A stretch of DNA of 64,000 nucleotides from Vicinamibacteria bacterium. Its GTDB lineage: Bacteria > Acidobacteriota > Vicinamibacteria > Marinacidobacterales > Marinacidobacteraceae. A program made the translations under genes and the position numbers. The notes under the pieces were generated by a model. It saw only the letters and a list, made by a program, of their open reading frames with translations, did no database searches and was not told where the DNA came from. The stretch is from the NCBI GenBank assembly GCA_963668695.2, contig CAXXLQ010000004.1, forward strand, positions 544,001 to 608,000, given 5' to 3'. Positions 61,325 to 64,000 of the stretch are shown piece after piece (the first letter of the stretch is position 1; each line of letters starts with the position of its first letter).

Positions 61325-62204
61325 ATGACAGGCGCGTGGGCCAACGTGGATGGCTGCATCAGTCCCGCCGACGAGGCGCGGGTGAGTCCGGTGGACCGGG
61401 GATTTCTCTACGGGGAGGCCGTCTACGAGAACCTGCGGACGTATGGGCACGTCCCGTTCCTCTTCGCGCGGCACCTGACACGGCTCCGGCACTCGGCGGA
61501 GTTCCTGAGGGTTCCGGTCGCGATCTCGGACGCCGGCATCACCGCCCGCCTCCAGGCGACCCAGCGGGCCGCGGGAATCCGGCGAACACTCGCTCCGGGT
61601 GATCCTGACGGCCGGCCCCCAGGGCGGCGAACCTTCGCTCATCATCCTGGTGCGTCCGCTTCCGCCGCTACCGGTGGATCCGGAACGGGACGGGGTCGGG
61701 GTCCTGCTGTCGGACTGGATACGCGCCGCTCCGGGAGGACTTCCAGCCGACGTGAAGACCCACAGCACCCTGCTGGGTGCCCGGCTTGCCGTGCGCGAGG
61801 CGGAAGGAGCCGGGGCCCACGAGGCGGTCATTCGCGGAGCCGCGGGAGATCTCACCGAGGGGGCGACATCGAATCTCTTCCTCGTGGAGGACGGGGTGGT
61901 CCGCACCCCCCCACTCGAGGACGGGTTGCTGCCGGGGATTACCCGCGCACTCGTCTTGGAGGTTCTGCAGGAACTGGGTGTCCCGTTCGAGGAGACACCG
62001 CTGGCGCCTGACCGGATCACCGGCGCCGGCGAAGCGTTCCTTACGAGCTCGTCCCGGGAGGTGCTGCCCGTGACCTGGGCGGTGACCCCCGGAGAGGCGC
62101 GCAGAAGCATCGGAACCGGGAAGCCCGGTCCTCTCACCCGGCGCGCGCTTGCCGGCTATCGGAGCGCGGTCAACCGGTTGCTGGGCGAGTCCCTTCCCGC
62201 CTGA
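61325..62204 (+). CDS. class IV aminotransferase (IlvE/PabC/Dat-like), frameshift near 61580
   Basis: DRGFLYGE..YE, HL.RL..SA in one frame; RVILTAG, KT, TEG..SNLF, LLPGITR, EAFLTSS in the next. Confidence 0.82.
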
Positions 62205-62252
62205 ATTCAGCGGACGGGCAGGCTGTCAGCGGTGGTACATTCGCCGGTGGAC

Positions 62253-64000
62253 ATGTTCGTGGCCCTGCCCCGCGGAAGGGCCCGAAGCCGTTTCCTTCTG
62301 CCAGGAATCGCGGCTGTCCTTTTTCCCTTCCTGACCCACCCGGTGGCTTCTTCCCAGGAACGGGTGGATTTCGAGACGGTGCGATTCGATCGCCGGTTGC
62401 CGGCGGTTCGCGCCACCGGGCCCATCCGGATCGACGGCATCCTCGACGAGGACGAGTGGGCAGGGGCGCCGGTCGCTTCCGGATTCACGCAGGGCAACCC
62501 GAACGAAGGAATGCCGGCGACCTTCGAGACCGAAGTGCGGGTGCTCTACGACGACGAGTTCCTCTACGTCGGCGCCTTCGCCCACGACGACGAGCCCGAC
62601 GGGATCATCGTGAACGACCTGTCGCGCGATTTCTCGACCCGTGCCGGCGACATCTTCGGGGTGGTGCTGGACACGTTCCACGACCGGCGAAACGGCTACA
62701 TGTTCGAGACGAACCCCGCCGGCGCCAAGTTCGACGGGCAGATTTTCAACGAGGGACGGGAGTTCAACCGCGACTGGGACGGCGTCTGGTACGTCAGCAC
62801 CCAGCGGGTTTCCGGCGGCTACCGCGTCGAGATGGCGATCCCGTTCAAGACGCTGCGGTTTCGTGAGAGCCCCGAACAGATCTGGGGCATCAACTTCCTG
62901 CGGCGCGTCCGCCGCCTGAACGAGGACGCCTTCTGGGCGCCGATCCCGCGGTTCTTCAACTTCGCCCGCGTCTCGTACTCGGGATCCCTTGAAGGACTCA
63001 CCGGTCTGGAGGCGGGCGGCCGCTTCAAGGTCACGCCCTACATCGGCGGTGACCTGAGCCAGGACGCCGATGCGGACGCGGCCACCTCGTTCGACGCCGG
63101 CCTCGACGCCAAGGTGCTGATCGGCACGGGGCTCAACCTGGACCTCACCGTGAACACCGACTTCTCACAGGTCGAAGCCGATATCCAGCAGGTGAACCTG
63201 ACCCGGTTCAGCCTGTTCTTCCCGGAGAAACGGGATTTCTTCATCGAGAACTCGGGCATCTTCCGCTTCGGCGTTCCGACCGATTCGCGGGTACAGCAGT
63301 TTCGGGCCGACTTCGGCCAGGCCTTCAATCCGGCGGTATTGCGCGCGAGCCAGAGCCGCGGGGACGACCTGCACCTCTTCTTCAGCCGGCGCATCGGCCT
63401 GTCACCACAAGGGACGCCGATTTCGGTGCTCGGCGGCGGCCGGCTCACCGGCAGGGCCGGCGCTTACGAACTCGGAGTGATGAGCATCCAGACCGGCGAA
63501 CACGCCGAATCCCCCTTCACCGAGAACTTCTCGGCCACCCGGCTGCGGAGAAATCTCGGGGAAAACTCCGATGTGGGCGCGATCTTCCTGAATCGGCAAG
63601 CCGGCGGCGGGAGCAACGACTACAACCGGGCGGTCGGCGCCGACGCGAACATCCGGGTCACCCCGGAACTGGAGGTGAACTCCTACTACGCGCGCACCAT
63701 GAGCCCCGGGAGTTCCGGCAACAACCAGGCCGGCCGCGTCGCGGCCAACTGGGACAGCCGGCTCTGGCAGGCCCGGGGGGCCTGGTCGGTGCTTCAGGAC
63801 GAGTTCAACCCGGAGATGGGGTTCGCCCCCCGAATCGGCATCCGGCGGATTCTCGGTTACCTCGGCTACCACTACCGCCCCGACTGGTGGAGCGATTTCC
63901 TGCGGGAGTTCAATCCCCACTTCGAGTACAGCGGCTACACGGACTCGGATGGGGAACTCGTCAGCCGCTACGCGAACATGCACTTCTCCTTCCGGCACCA
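62253..64000 (+). CDS. CBM9-like / DUF5916 outer-membrane protein, 3'-partial
   Basis: signal-like N-terminus, I.IDG.LDE..W, TVNTDFSQVEAD...VNLTRF.LFFPEKR.FF.E; runs off the window. Confidence 0.85.
   Translation, partial: MFVALPRGRARSRFLLPGIAAVLFPFLTHPVASSQERVDFETVRFDRRLPAVRATGPIRIDGILDEDEWAGAPVASGFTQGNPNEGMPATFETEVRVLYDDEFLYVGAFAHDDEPDGIIVNDLSRDFSTRAGDIFGVVLDTFHDRRNGYMFETNPAGAKFDGQIFNEGREFNRDWDGVWYVSTQRVSGGYRVEMAIPFKTLRFRESPEQIWGINFLRRVRRLNEDAFWAPIPRFFNFARVSYSGSLEGLTGLEAGGRFKVTPYIGGDLSQDADADAATSFDAGLDAKVLIGTGLNLDLTVNTDFSQVEADIQQVNLTRFSLFFPEKRDFFIENSGIFRFGVPTDSRVQQFRADFGQAFNPAVLRASQSRGDDLHLFFSRRIGLSPQGTPISVLGGGRLTGRAGAYELGVMSIQTGEHAESPFTENFSATRLRRNLGENSDVGAIFLNRQAGGGSNDYNRAVGADANIRVTPELEVNSYYARTMSPGSSGNNQAGRVAANWDSRLWQARGAWSVLQDEFNPEMGFAPRIGIRRILGYLGYHYRPDWWSDFLREFNPHFEYSGYTDSDGELVSRYANMHFSFRH

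Noticed and set aside
61570-61600. Split aminotransferase as two genes
   Set aside because: The two frames join into one class IV aminotransferase; likely an indel error or recent mutation.

Overview
GC-rich (~70%) bacterial chromosomal segment, inferred to be Acidobacteriota from an ADOP-type permease (it also has futalosine-pathway mqnD). It holds housekeeping genes (acnA, coaX, mqnD, udk, gatB, accD-folC-proS, trmB), many secreted hydrolases and transporters, three type II VapBC loci, an AbiE type IV TA locus with a disrupted toxin, and orphan AAA ATPases. The most unusual content is non-coding. (1) Thirteen copies of a non-autonomous MITE-like element (family A, minimal form 179 bp, ends CAGCC(T/G)GT...AC(A/C)GGCTG, YTAR-like 4-bp flanks). 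Its length rises in ~18-19 bp steps because a ~19-nt cassette, CCCCCACCGGGAGAACTGG, sits at about six different internal positions in both orientations. The same cassette also occurs inside an unrelated hairpin repeat family. (2) Two further repeat families, with nested insertions. (3) A ~1.76 kb ORF-free tandem array in which a 16-bp core alternates with two fixed spacers (period ~63-64 bp). No transposase, RT or cas gene is in the window. Several small frameshifts could be real decay or sequencing error. All product calls come from motif recognition by eye, not from database searches.
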